Shown: positions 28,256 to 48,710 of the stretch, piece by piece
Position numbering within the stretch: the stretch's first letter is position 1
Layout of the letters: each line of letters opens with the position of its first letter
NCBI GenBank assembly: GCA_051362555.1
Contig: CM120642.1
Span: 11,532,001 to 11,596,000, forward strand
Source: Lingula anatina
Taxonomy: Eukaryota > Animalia > Brachiopoda
Direction of reading: 5' to 3'
Length of the DNA stretch: 64,000 nt
The notes under the pieces: generated by a model
Seen by the model: the letters and a program-made list of their open reading frames with translations, nothing else
Told to the model about the DNA's origin: nothing
The model's database searches: none
Translations under genes and position numbers: made by a program

Positions 28256-29098
28256 CTGAGATATTTCAAAGTTCTAGTCAGACATTGCTTTCAAACCATG
28301 CACTGAAAATAACGTTTGACATTAATACATGTAGACTACGTACACGTAACGTTATGTCTCATTTGACACATGTTGATCGAAGCCAATAACGTTAAACAGA
28401 TATTTGTGAAAAAGTGCTAAGAATAGTCAGATTATTCTACTAATGTTAGTAACTTGCTCGTTAAAATCTCCTGTTAAATAAATTCTCAGTTAGATTCTGA
28501 AGATGCTTAACCCATTACAACGTTAACTGCGCCGTTTCATTCTGTTAAAACGGAAAAGGAAAATAACGTTAGCCTTAACGTTGATCAAACTTTTCAAAGA
28601 TAATGTTATTTAGTCTAAGCACGAAAAGCAACTCATTTTAACGACAAAGGTATTACCTTTTCAATCCAGTCTCAACATATGCTTATCTTTAAGTAGAAGA
28701 AGTACACATTAAGGAGTGAGCCAAGGTCTTCATGCGATTACTCATGTCACTTTGGCAATCAGAGCCATTGGCGGATGTAGCTTATCTTGGGTTCATACGA
28801 AATAAAGCGTAATTGGATATCATTTTCCCTGCAAAATACTAGTTGCAAAATACTTATAAAATATATATCTTGTCAGAAACCATGTGCATTTTGTTTATTT
28901 ATGTAAAACTTCATATATTGTCTACTATGATAAAATACGTGCAATAATAATGGACTAAAATATCCGGGATAATTCTTATCATAGTTTTGCTCAAAACATA
29001 AAACTTGTGACTCTGTGGCACTTGTAAATAAAAAGTTATAAATCAAGGGGAAGATGTGATCTACCAGCATTTACTGATAGCTTGACTACGGGTCTTAA

Positions 29099-34630
<5,532 letters not shown>

Positions 34631-37153
34631 TTATTTTTATAGTTTAATATTTATTAAATTTCAGTTTACAAAACACGAAAAGTGCCAGAAACTCGTAAAC
34701 ACATGGATACACGGATAGCCTTTTTGATTACATTTGAATTTAATTTGAAATTGCATCTTGTTAAGGTATCTACCCACTCCAAAATACAGTCGTGAAAAAA
34801 AAAGATTAAGACAACGGTTACGCAAAATAAATAAAGCTATGTTACGGCTTCCTGTTAACAACCTCTTGTGCATTTTGTGATGAATTTCATGTGGCGCATA
34901 TACACGAACAAAAGAACATCCATGCACATAATAAACTGGATTAAGTAATTGAATAAACCACTTTGCTCTGTTTAATTGGAACATGCCTACTTGTTATCTC
35001 CGGTCACCAGTGTAGAAGACTACGTGTCTGCATGGTCTTTGCCTCACGGCCTTTTTCCGTCGTTCAACTTGATTAGCTTGGGTTTATTTCAATTGTATTA
35101 ATGGCGTTTGTTACTTAACTGCATCCAAAGAAATCATCAGCCAAATGCAAAATGAACGTAGAGCGGTCACAGAGTTTATCATGTCGCCAAAGTCTTCCAC
35201 GTTCTTGAATTATAAATTGTTTTGCTTGAATTACCTGTGATGAGGTTAAAATGCAGTATGATCTAGAAACTAAAGATAATCGATAATTTTTACAGAAGTT
35301 TTATATTTCTTAAGGATTTAAATTTCACTTTGCTCTGTTCTGTATTTGCTATAACAGTGTGCAATCGGAATTGCGTTAGCCTCGTGCGTATTGTGATAGA
35401 TTCAGCCTTGCACGTAAAGCATTAATTAGTTTATGTGAATAAGCATTTTCCACCTTTTGGATTTTGACAATCGGTGTAGAAATTGGCGTGTGAGTTGAAT
35501 CTGCAAGTCACGGTATTTTTTTTTTCAACTTTTAAGTCAATTAGTTTGGAATTTAAAAACTCTAAACGGTATTGGTCATTCAAATGCATTTAAAGATACA
35601 CCGTTCCAAGTGGCTGCATACAGTTTCTTGAGTTTATCGTGCCGCAATATAATAATGCCGGTCTGAAACTCAAGTCTGGTTTTTAAAAGTAACATTTTTG
35701 TGTAACTTTTATGCATGCTTAAGAAACATTACTTCGATTCATTAGAGTAATTACTTCCACTTTGTGTTATCTTGGACGGAACGTTATAGATTCCAGCCTT
35801 TGGCTGTCTCTATCGGTGAGAAACATGCTCTCTTCGCGTCACAGCCTCTTTCAGTCTTTAAAAATCAATTAGGTTGACTGGCGTTTTTAAAGGATATCAA
35901 TGGAATTCTTAATTCACAGGATACTGATGGCACCACTGACTGACATTAATTCGAAAACACCACTATAACATTATAATGTGAAACGTTTAACTGTGTCCCT
36001 TTCATTACATTAAAAAAAATTATACTGCGATATTGAACTTGTTATCTCTCTCACACGCGCGCGCGGACGCCTACATTCTCTCATTTTGTGGAATGTCTCT
36101 GTTATCGCTTGTTTCAAAACCATACTGGTGACGCATTTTCGGGTTGAGGATTTTCATTTTAACCAGCTGGGAAGCTATCTTACAATCTCAACGGTACATA
36201 GAAGTTTAAATTTATCCCTACAACATTTCTTCGTTTCCAAAAATATTTAATGGGTTATTTTCTTTGATGGGCTAGCATCCGCACTGAGGAAAATAGCAGT
36301 CGGGTGCAGAGCACGGGTGGAACGCACGCTTACTAAGGCATACGAATGGCGATTTTATTAAATTTGTTAAAAATAATAATTTACCAATTTGATCGGACTT
36401 TTTTGCATTATAATAGACAAGGGTGGTTTTTAAAAGTCGTTTTGTGTTGAGTTTATATTTATATTCCGATCAAAGTGTCAGCCGAGTGAATTAAGTGCCA
36501 CTTGCACCTGTGCTGGTGGTACTCTGAATGTCAGTATCTGGTGACGAATTTCTTTCGTCTTCGTATACTGGCCTCGCAAACTTCCAAATTGATTTTTCCA
36601 CAGTTCCTTTCTCCTTACTTTTTACCCACCATGGCATGCGTCTGTTGCTCTACTGCTTCAAGTCGGATACAACTTAAACAATCCAAAACTACAGCGTTCA
36701 CCTGAATAGCTCCTATGGCGCCTCCCCTTTGATGACATGGGCGGGTCTAAGCAACAAGCTCCCTCGCAGTTATCCAATAAACAAATAACTAGAAAGTTAT
36801 AAGAAATGGTTCATTTTTAAACACACAAACAAACAATAAAATTAACAAACGAAGCCCTGACTGACATTATCTAGATCTGTATTACAATTTTGCACATTCT
36901 GTAATGGAACATGCTTTCAAGAACAAAAGTGATCAAGCATTTAAGAGATAATCCCCGATCTATGTCCTTATATCATTGGAAACCTTGCAAAGGAGCAGCG
37001 GTCAATTACACCAGCTGAATGACCTCACCCTTTGCACTTACGGTGACGCATGTTATAAACGAGATGCGCTGCTGGACAAGCGTCACAAAGTTGCAGTTAG
37101 TGAATATCAAACATATCCAAATTGTTTTCGCCAACGGTTGTGCCTCCATCACA

Positions 37154-40100
37154 ATGAGCTCATCAAGCATTAACATGCTTGTGCTCTTTCTTCTCTGGAC
37201 TGCAGCGTTCGGACAACAGAACCACACAACAAAGAGTCAGTCTAAAGAAACAGCGAAAACAACTGTCAGCATCCGTCAGTCTACACAATGCGTCAGAGGG
37301 AAACTATGTAACACGACGGTTTCAACTGCCCAGGAGTCACCGACCTATACCAGTAACGAGAAAGAAGCGGGCAATGAAGTGTTACCGACTAAACAAGGCG
37401 TGAAAAGTGATATACCGTCGTTCTTTAAGAACACAATCCCAACTATCTATCCCCCTTTGCAGAACGTCCGCCGGAACGTCGCCAAGAGATCGGTGACTAC
37501 GCAGACTACGCCCTCTCCATTGAATACAACTGATCGTCCATGGGGCATTACAGGCAACCGTACAATGAACAATCACATTTGCGCAGCAGTGTCGAATGAA
37601 ATGTCTGTCAGTGTGCAGGCGCTGTGTCATTGTGACGAGCTCTGCAATCTGTTTCGAGATTGCTGCGAACCGCTCCATTCCTGTGGGAATAACTCAGTAC
37701 CCCAAGGACAAGCAATACAGAAGTCTGCTCTGAAAGATAACATAGATTGCGTATTGCAGTCTACAACCACCCTGAACGGAATTGAAAGTGGGTATTTTTG
37801 GATGATAACTTCTTGCCCAAGTAATTGGTTGAGCAGCACCGAGCGTAACTTTTGTGAAAATGCTACCGAAACCAATGACATTGACAGTTTGCTGCCAGTC
37901 TCAGATCCAGACACAAAACTGACTTATCAAAACAAATTCTGTGCAACCTGCCACGGTTCGACGAACCACCTCAAGTGGACGCCTTTATTCACCTGCCGAT
38001 TAACTTGGGGAGACAGCACGGAGCTCTATCTTAACTCATCTAGCATTGATGATATATTGATCCACATCAAGTCAGATCCGGGCTGCATGATTTTCTATGT
38101 TCCACCACCGTCAGTTCCCGGAAGGCAATGTGTTCCGAACGGAGAAAGTCCAGTTACGTCAATTTTGTGGAACACCGGTAGATTATGTAAACGAGACGCT
38201 GATCCAATACACAAAGAGATGTGTTCTGCAGGGCCACTCTCGCTAGTCTACATAAAGAGAGGGTCGCACGGAGCTGAACTGTATGGCAGGAACATATATT
38301 GTTGGCTTTGTCTCTACAGTTTAGGTTCACCACCAATTGTACAAGCGTGCTCTACTCCACGTAAGATGTACATCTTTTTTATATGTTTTTTCTTTTGTTC
38401 TAAAAGAGGACAGATCTTTTTAACTGTGAATTAATAATTAGTTACACGCGGTTTCCTAGAATATATTCATTTCATTGGTATCAGGTAAGAGATCCTGTGC
38501 GACTGGGTAGTCAGGTGCTCCGGTTTCTGTGGTCAATGGCTTACACCCCATTTCCATAGAATTTTAGATCGATCTATCCCTGTGGGGAGTTTCACTAGAT
38601 TACTGTCAGCTTGGCCGGCTTAAGCGTCTGTCCCGCCTACTAAAAGCTGTAAGGGGGTTATTAACTATGGTGCCCGCACGGCTGACTGCAATTTAGCGTG
38701 AACCCCCAGGGAGTTAGGTCGATCTAAAACTTAATCTTTAGATCGATCTAAATCTCTGGGAAAGCACCCTTAAATAATATTTAATATTTTTAGAAGTTTT
38801 TTAGATGTCTATTAATATATGTCTTTGGTGTTACACAAAATACCATTCTAACCATTCCAACGTGGTTCTGTTTTCGTGCAAAAGATCAACCAAATTGAGT
38901 CTTAGTCTAGTTCTAAAGAAAAAGAAAATAAAAAAAATCGCCATGGTTGTAGACCTGGCCTCCGTGCCGCTGTGAAATTTTGATCTTGTATTTTTGTACA
39001 ACTAATTTAATGTATATGTTGCAAATACTGAATAGTAATAAATGCTGCAAATATTACATAATAAATCATATTAAACCATACTAAATCCAATCTTTGTTAA
39101 CAATCAATAAGTCTTGCTTACTGCACAATTCGATACTATGAAATAGAACTTTTCATCGATTAAGTACTAATAATAGATTATTTAAAATTATTTTTCATTC
39201 ATGTAGCCTCAGGAAAGAGGACGTTTGCTCCAGTAGGGTTCACAATGATGCTTGATCCTTCAAAGATATACGCCAAACAATGCCTACCAAAAACCATGGT
39301 AAGTCTTGTAACAGGAACAGATATTCCCGTTAGTAATACAAATACGTGGTAAACTAAAATTATTCTGGCGATTTCCATTTTGATGACCATAGTCAATCAC
39401 GCAATGGGATGAAATTCCGACTTTTGTTCAGTAAATTTCGAAAGAAAGTACCAACTATAACATGAAATAATATAAAATATATTTCCGGAGTGGACAACTA
39501 TCTCTCAAATAATTTGAACATTTTTCTGATTTCAAACAAAACAGTGACAACCTAACACAGATTTAAAACTTTAATATGCCAAAATAATAGGATTTTTGAA
39601 ATCGCTTCTATGTGAAAATAGATTTCATTGCAAATCCATTCCATTCCAGTCGGCATGCAGTACGGAAAATGAACGCTGTCTCTCCCCGGCACTAGCCCTT
39701 CTCAACGTAGGTTACCAATTGCAAATGGCGCTAACTCACAGTGGTTCTTTGAACATTTCTGGAGACATGCTTGGTGTTTGCAGGGTGTTCCGTAACTACT
39801 TGAGTTATTTTTTTCATACATCCAGTAACATTGCTTGGATGTTTAAAAATGAATGGGTACTGCAACCGCGCGGAGCATGTTCCAAACCCACTGTGGATCA
39901 GATGAAGATGGCGCCATATTCCAATGTTGTGGTGATTATGCACCGCATTCTTGTACTGCAAAAACAGATCAGCTGGTATTATGATGGGGTCAGAATGTTG
40001 GAAACATTGAAGAATCGCATCAACGATATCCTGCACGCGAAGAAAGCAACCGTGCCATACAATGGTGTCGAGTTCAATGTTAGAGTAATCCTGGATGACA

Positions 40101-40273
40101 CAGTGCCTTGTGGTAGTAATGAGGGATCAAGCAAGGTTGAGCCACCCCTACCAGATAAGACCGCTGGAAATAGTGGAAATCCCCGCAGCTATACCCGTTG
40201 GATGGCATTCACAGTCATTTGGTTCACGTGGCCGGTTTTCGTCCACATTATCATATGTGAGCTTATAAGCTAA
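37154..40273 (+). CDS. Uncharacterised secreted or GPI-anchored Cys-rich protein with a somatomedin-B-like domain, about 640 aa, 3 coding exons
   Basis: Exons 37154 (or 37175)-38360, 39207-39298, 39650-40273 (phases 1 and 0, canonical sites). Signal peptide MLVLFLLWTAAFG, S/T-rich region, basic site RRNVAKR, SMB-like CHCDELCNLFRDCC, WMITSCP, LPVSD...TYQNKFCATCHG, hydrophobic C-terminus after AGNSG. Confidence 0.8.
38544..38769. mobile_element. About 200-bp Tourist/PIF-Harbinger-like MITE, family A
   Basis: TTA on both flanks; imperfect TIRs (CCATTTCCATAGA / TCTCTGGGAAAG); repeated TAGATCGATCTA; inverted copies at 54614-54828 and 63386-63582. Confidence 0.75.
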
Positions 40274-41055
40274 ATGAACGGTGTGCCCCGACAGAACGCT
40301 TTATCGGTAACCAGGAGCGAAGCACATGTACATTTCCGATGTACGTTTCCGATCTGAGTTTTGAATATGGTTTCGTTTTGCATCATGTCATTATTTTTAG
40401 AGATAGAATAAATCCAAATTCTCAAAAGTTCGATAAACTTGTTGCCATCATACTATTATGTTATTTTATGAACAAAAACTAGTAAGATTTACTCAGAGTC
40501 TATCTCAGGACCCGGAGATAAGTGAACTACAATCCATTACCTGTTACCCTAGGTTCTAGATTCCGTTATTGCCAGCTCGATCTTGATTTCATATATAATC
40601 CATATCAACAATACCTAGTAAAAGCGAATCCATCACAAGGTATATATTTAACAAGCTAGCTTTTACGTTGCTCTGACACTCAGGGTATTACCTGTACATT
40701 TCCACCACATATGTTAATAAAGTTTTGAAAAAGACAATGTAATTTTACAACATAAGCCAAATATATAGTTAATACCCTGCATATGAAAAAAGAACGAAAC
40801 TTTTTAACCAAACATTAGAAAAAGCTCACATAAAAACCAAAAATACATATGTAAAAGGAAATAATGCTAAATGCGAAGTAAACTTGACTCAATAAAATTG
40901 CTTCAGTTGCAGTTGCAAAATTTTGTCACCGTGATAAGAAAAATGACTGGCTTCCATTAAAAAAAAAACAATAACAAAGTTTGAAGAAAATATTAGAGCA
41001 AAGGTAGACTTCATATAAGAGAATTAACTTATATCACCATCATCCCCTTTTCTTC

Positions 41056-44000
41056 TTATGTAACAAACAGACCGCCGCATATCACGAATACCATGAATTC
41101 CACCCGAACTCTCACACGAATCGCATTCGCTTTTTTGGCGGGCACTGTAGAGCCCGCAGTAGTAGTATTAAAAGCCGTTTGCGTGTAGCTATTGTCATTT
41201 TCTTGGGACACCAACGTACTGGCCACATCTGTCCCCTCGCCAGAATCCGACACACATTCCCAGGAAAAATCTAACGCACACAGGGCAGTGGACCCAGCTG
41301 GAGAATTTCTTGCGCATTCACTTTTTGTTGCAAACTCTTTAATCTCTTTCGTCACTGGATTTCTCTTGGTACAGCATGAGCATGGATCACATCTGGAGAT
41401 AAAATTATGAACGGGGACTATGTAAACAGAAACGAAAAAAAAAACAAGGCAGCAAAGCTGTCAAATGTACAGACAAAAAACAGAAAAAAAAGATGCAAAA
41501 TAGGTCATTTTGTTAATTTTGATGCAATAATATATGCTTATAATAGCACAGTCAGTCAACACTGATTTTTAATCATGCACAACAGCTAACATGGTCAATA
41601 ACAGGAGCAGATCCAGAGATATTTTCTGACAGTATTCCAAAGTATCTTTGTTGATCCATCCTCCATTTTGATGGTCTTCCAACAGAAACCCGTAAATATA
41701 AACTTTAAAATCTGACTGTCTTCCAGGAGACCCAGAAAATGGTCTCAATCCACCCCTTCAATAAGATTACAGTTTCAGGACCATGAGAGTTAAAGTTCAC
41801 ATGATGAAAGTCCCAATATATGAAAAATGATGACAGTGCATAAAATAATATTATAGCCTGTTTAAAGACATAAATACCAATACAACTGCTTATGTGGAAA
41901 TACTGAAAATGTGCAGAGCCTCAGGTGGATGGGAGTTAAAAATCACATCTAAAAAATGCCAGTGTTGGAGAAAAAATTAAAAAGAAAACAACAAAAATAT
42001 AATTCCAATGAAGCTGCTATTCACTGCTTCCTTATTATGGACACTATGTTATCTAGCAGAGAGCTTAACCTTTGGGAGTTTACAGGGAAATATCAACAAG
42101 TGTGCTTTATGAAATTTCATTTAATGGCCGCTTAATTAGGCAAATGAGTTTATAGCACTGAAATTAGCCTAGTGAATACCCAAGGGGAATTTACAGACTG
42201 ACCACACAAATTTGTCTATCAAAGGTCTTCAGGCCCATAAGTCACACCTTAAGAAAAGCAGAAAACAATAATGTACAAAATAAAACAGGAGACTGCCAAT
42301 TCTGATGCAATAATACATTATGTTTAACTGCACAGTCAACATCAAATTTTAATTATGCACAACGTACAGGTAACACTGATGAAAGTAAAAGCATAAGGCT
42401 ACAGGCCCATCAGAGTTCAAGTTTACAATTAGAAAGTGCCAGAGTGAGAAAAATGAAAATTTCACAAAAAATTCATAAATTTAATAAAAATGATAATCCA
42501 ATAGAGCTGGTTCTCTAATATGAACTGTATGTCAATCCTAAGAATCATTTTTGTAAGAATATTTAAAAAAATAGAAAGTAACACTTTACTTTACATAATA
42601 TTAATGGTGGCAGAGCACAAAGTAGGTTTTTTGTCAATTTTGATGCAACATTACATAATGATTAACTAATTAAATACCACCAATTTTAAAATATCTACTA
42701 TTAAAAACATGGACATTAAGAAAATTTGATTACCACTGGGCTTCATGCCCAAGGGAGCTCTAAGTCCCACATTGAAAATTGCAACATGTGAAAGATAAAA
42801 ATTTTCACAAAAAACCTGTATTACTTCCAAATAATTAACTTATGAGACAATTTTTCAACTGAAGCTGTATTTCAGTCATATGTTTCTTTCCTGTAAGTGT
42901 GAGAAGAGCAAGTGACATGGTTTTCCTTTCACCGCCACTAGGGAGGCAGTGCCCAGAATAGGGTTTTGTTCAATTTTTATGCAATATTACACAATGCTTA
43001 ACAGCATAATAACCATAAATTTTTTAATAATAAAATAAAAGTATCATGGATATTCAGAAAATGTGACTAGCCTATAGAGTTCAGAGTCATACTTTGAAAA
43101 TCCCAAAATGTAAACAAGAGAAAACTGTATTGAAAGAGTTTATTTCCATTTTCAACACCTTTTTTACATAAAGCAAAATATGATCAATCAAAAATATGTT
43201 GTCAAAGCAAAAATATCAATAGAACAATTATAAATGTCCAACTTGCTCCATTCTGAAATTCTGAACATAGTGAATGGTTGAATCTGACAAACTGTAAAGA
43301 TATGTTTTTTTTTCCATTTTTGACACTTATTAAACAATACACAATATCAGGTTTACCATCATTTTTTTATAATCAACTAACAATGTTGTTAAGATGCAGA
43401 AAATGTCAAAAGAACAACTTAACATATCTAATTAGTTCAAAAATGAGACTGTTAGCATGACTGAGAATTAAATTTGAGGAAAAAAACAATTATATACAAA
43501 AAAAGGCATAACTTCACCAAAACTTTACTGATCAAGCTTATTTTCAAAACTTAATCTGTATTTCAGTAACACTGATCACTACTGTGAATTTCAAGACAAT
43601 TGGCCAATCGATTTTCCTTAAAATGTGTTATAGGTGTTGCAAATATGCTGAAAAAAAGTGAAAAAACAGCAAAACTTTTATAAAAATGCTCTGATCATGC
43701 CAATGTTTGAACTTGACTTGCGTATTATAGATATTCATCAGTTCTGTAAGTTTCAAGCCAAAAAGTAAAGCGGTTTTTCAAATATTGTGTTATCGGTGTT
43801 GCATAAATGCTGAAAAAAGTGAAAAAAACTGCATAACTTCAATATAAATGGCCTGATCATGCTGATTTTCGAACTTGACCTGCGTATTAAGAATATTTAT
43901 CAGTTCTGTAAGTTTCAAGCCAAAAGGTAAAACGGTTTTTCAAATATTGTGTTATTGGTGTTGCATAAATGTTGAAAAAAGTGAAAAAACTGCATTACTT

Positions 44001-47000
44001 CCATATTAAAGGCCCCATCATGCTGATATTCGAACTTGACCTGTGTATTATGAATATTCATCAGTTCTGTAAGTTTCAAGCCAAAAGGTAAAACGGTTTT
44101 CCACTTATTGTGTTATCGGTGCTACATAAATGCTGAAAAAAGTGAAAAAACAGCATAAATTCCCCAAAAATGGCCCGATCATGCTGATTTTCGAACTTGA
44201 CCTGCTTATTATGAATATTCATCAGTTCTGTAAGTTTCAAGCCAAAAGAAAAAACGGTTTTCCACTTATCGTGTTATCGGTAAAAGGCCACGGCGACGGC
44301 GACGACGGCAACGACAGCGACGACGGCAACGACGGCGACGGCGACGACAGACGCAGGTGATGGCTATATGTACAGACACATCTGTGTCTGTACATAAAAA
44401 CAAGCAAATAGAACAGGTGAGAATATTGACGCACTGCACGTATGGAAAGTTGGAAAGATTAAAAATGAAGGGACAACAGCAAGCAAACTGAAAGCAAAGT
44501 GGCGATTTTTTTAAACCTTTGGTCATTATATGCAAAAATACGGTGTACGTCATGGTGAAAAACCCAAACAAATGAAATATACAGATGACAAACGGGACAT
44601 AAAACAGTAATGAGAGAAGAAAATTAATAAAATTTTAAATAAATAAACTGAAAAAAATTTATTCAAGAAAAGAAGCTGAAGCGATCAATATTCACTTCAC
44701 AGTGTATGTCAATCTCCCGTTGCCTTACATATAATGGTTTTTATGATTTAAAGAAAAAGAAAACAAATTCAGGAATAACTTAAATTTCTATTTCATGTGT
44801 TTCTCATTACAAGCAGAAAAAAATCTAATACGATGTGAAAAAAGTAACATACAACAATGTTTTTTAATCAAACATCGATAAATTGCAATGAATTCACTAA
44901 CTAATCGATTTGCAAGAGAAATATCTAAACACTCTCATGCATGTGTATATTTTTGGCCACCAGGAATTAAATAATTTTTTAAGTTTATCTATGTTTGGAA
45001 TGTACTTACTGGTTTGTCAAATGATTGCAATAATTTCCGTCTGGGCAGCTGGAGTTCCCTGGGTTACACGGTGCCTCCCGCTAAAATTACGATACAGGGA
45101 ATCAATATGGTCCGTTCCACTAGTGTTAAATTTGTTTTACAAAAATTACCATTTTTTTTACGAAATCAGTGATACATTGGCTGGCATTATGTTCTCTCAA
45201 TCTAATATTAAAAGTAAAGAATAATGGCGCATTACACATGGCTATCTCAGGTACAAATGAAATAAAAGTCAAAATTATACAAAGCGCAACATAAGAGAAA
45301 AAATCAGACAAAAGTACGACTGTATGACTTTTTGATACAGACGTTTTTGATGCGCTTTAATGATCATAATAAATTAGACACTATTTGTCTAAAATTGAAC
45401 AGGTATAAAATGATGTGAGTATATAAATTTACATCACTACTTCTACATTACTGTGAAAATATACCTTCAGTCTTATTCGGCTCTTCTGATAGTCTTCCCA
45501 CCCGGACACATGCAAGGAATCTCTCACTACCATATACGTAAAGCAAAAGTAAATGAAAGCCAACCTAAGACACATGCTGTACGGAGAATAAAAACAGAAA
45601 AAGACAAAGATACGGGAAACATTAACCAAAAAAGTTCCATTGTGAGTGGGTCTATATAAGTAGGTCTGTATACGTGACGTATACAGTCAATTAATATAAA
45701 ATAAACATAAAATTGGAAAATTAACATAAAATTAGAACTATAACAGCCAATAAACATAAATTTGGAACAAAGCTACAAAATATTGCTAGATACAACATAG
45801 ATCATGCACATGATGCATCTACTTTACAATACATGCAGATAACACATCAGACAGGAAACCTCAACTGCTGCAGGGTAGTTACACATTTACCCCACCCACC
45901 TCTCGAGCAACTTAATACCTCAAATATCAAACACATAGCACGGGAGTATTTAGCGTTAAAAAGGGTTTTGTAGATGGTTGGAATAATACCTCTTTAACCG
46001 CATGACAATATATCATGTTGAAAAAGACGTCTTGCTGAACGAGTTCAGCTGGCCAAATGACTGGGGTTATTTTTTTTTTCTAAAATCGCCACTCGGATAT
46101 CTGAATAAAGTAAGGAATCAGGACCGCCCTTTGCAGAGCATACATATAAAGCATTTTGGACAGACGGCTGTTTCAACATGCTACCCAGTACAGTCACAAT
46201 TTGATAACAGTCAAATATCATACACGTACCTTTTGTGACCACAGTGTTATTAAATTCTATTCTACTCTCATCAACTTGTTCAGACAAGGAGCGCCCTTTG
46301 GATGACTGTGAGTCCACAGGATGACTAAATACCTAAAATGCAAACACATTTGTCATTTAAAAATTTGGCCTTGGCTTTAATTCTTTGTAAAATTATACTG
46401 AATATCCCTAACAGCTTATACTGCACGATTTTCCTAAGATCGATTTTTGGCATATATATATACAGACTTGACATTTAATATGGAATATTTCAGTTTCGAA
46501 GGTATACCTAGGTAAAAATACGTTCTTTTTTAAAAAAAACTCCGATTTCATATAAGATTTGTGAATGTAAAAGTATGCAGTCATGTGTGTCACTACCAAT
46601 TAACTGACTTTCATGCATGTTGCGCTGCTACACTGTGTAATTTGAAGTGATTTAATTGGATAGTGTTCCTTTGGGCTGATCAAAGCTTGGCTTAGGCAAA
46701 GCTTGGTTCTGTCAAAAAAGTATCCATATTTCAGCAACTACTGCATAGAAAAATTTGAAATTTTGCATGCAAGCGGCCAATTTTGCAGTGCGTAAGATGA
46801 GTCAAGAAGTGCATTACAAATTTGTTAATCTAAGGCAGAATGGCGCGAAAAAGACAGACATCACCAGACAGATCATAGCGCCAAACGGAACGGTCCCCAC
46901 AGTTTTATAGAGTAATGCCCAGACTGATGTACCTACACAGAGGTGACCCCCAATGTATCAACATTTTACCTACAGGGTACAAGACCCACTGTCTTTCGGG

Positions 47001-48121
47001 ATACGCTGCTGCAACTAAACAAAAAACACTTAGCCCGTTCAGAACGAGGGATAAATTGCCACTAAAATGCGTTTTTCAAAGCCCTTAGCGAACACCAAAC
47101 TGGTTTTAGCAGGTAAGAACACCTAATGACCTCCGAGGTACCCACTGTATACAGCAAAACATCGTCGTCTGTTTCTCTAATGAATTGGGGGTCATGAACG
47201 ATTCTGGGTAGAACACTGAAACTGCGTGGCTTTCTTTATTGAGGTCAGATTTCACCTGTAACGCCCAATTAGTCAAAACAGAGTTTACAGATATCCAGAA
47301 GAGGCCTACGACGAAGCATATGCCGGGTCTTAAATGACAAGGGTGATTGACAGCGTCAGTATTTGGAGTAGATTCCACATTGGTGCCAAAACACCAATGG
47401 TAGTCATCGACGAAAACCTGAACCAGATCAAATAAAGGGATGATCTCGGAACCACTTGACTATCATTTGATAGGGGGCACCTTAGGAACAATTCTAGGTT
47501 GTACGATGAGGTTGCAGGTTCACACAGAGCACTTTTAATAGCAGATAACTTACAGAACCAAGGGGATGAGCAGCTACCCTGGTCATCAAAATCGCCACAT
47601 TTGAACCACATAGACAATATTTCGGTAGACCATTACTCACCAATCAACTGCCTACATGTCCTACAACAAAACTGGACCAGATTGGACAATTTCAGACCGA
47701 TGCCTAGAATGCTATTCCAGATTGAACTCTAAAAACCTACCCTCAAGAAATGCCTTGCCGCTTGAGAGCGCTGGCAACAGCCACGAAGAGGCCAGGCGTA
47801 ACAACGACCATTACTGTGACTAGCAACTGACATGAGGGTCTTTTGTGGAGCGTATTACCCTTTTACGGACGATAATTTGGAAAATATGGAGATCCAAAAT
47901 ATCTCTTTTAATGGGAGTCGTATGACATAGAATAGGCAATGTGTTTTTGTTTGTTTCTCTGGCGAATTCCATTAATGAACTGATGTCACAATGACATCAA
48001 ATAGATAATTTAAAGTTATTAAAACACGATTTAAATCCTTATTTTCATTTATCAGTCCGCAAAATAGGAAAAAACTGATACAAAATTATTTCGAAAAAAA
48101 TATTCCATATTAAATGTCAAG

Positions 48122-48200
<79 letters not shown>

Positions 48201-48642
48201 GGCCGCAGCCTGAGCAAAATGCCAGGGGGGACAGTAAGCGGACACGAGGGGGCACGAGGGGATGTCCCCCTCCCACGGTGTGGAAAATTTTTAAAAACTG
48301 TATGTATAATACTGGATTCTGGTGCATTTTAACTGTTATTTATTGCTCAATCAGAAGTCAGAAATTGTGGGTTCATTTTGCCTGGGGGATAGCTCCCTAA
48401 GGGAGGGTGAGCTTTGCGGTATGAACTGAGTTGGCTAAAAACAGTACACCTTTCTAAACAGATTGTTGAATGATTGTCTAGTGGCCATGAGTGCATTTTC
48501 TCACAGAATTGAAAGCAACTTTGCAATTATTTTTTTTAACCTTTGCTATTATTATTTTTTTTGCACCTCAAATCCCGGGGGGGGGGGGGGGCAGCTGCCC
48601 CCCCCCTGCCCCCCCTCCCCCCCCCCCCCGGAGGCTACGGCC

Positions 48643-48710
<68 letters not shown>

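Noticed and set aside
45465-45575. Alternative start MCLRLAFIYFCFTYM resembling a signal peptide for paralogue A
   Set aside because: The hydrophobic stretch is the polypyrimidine tract of the acceptor at 45527; the 5-exon model matches the phases of paralogue B. A minor isoform is not excluded.
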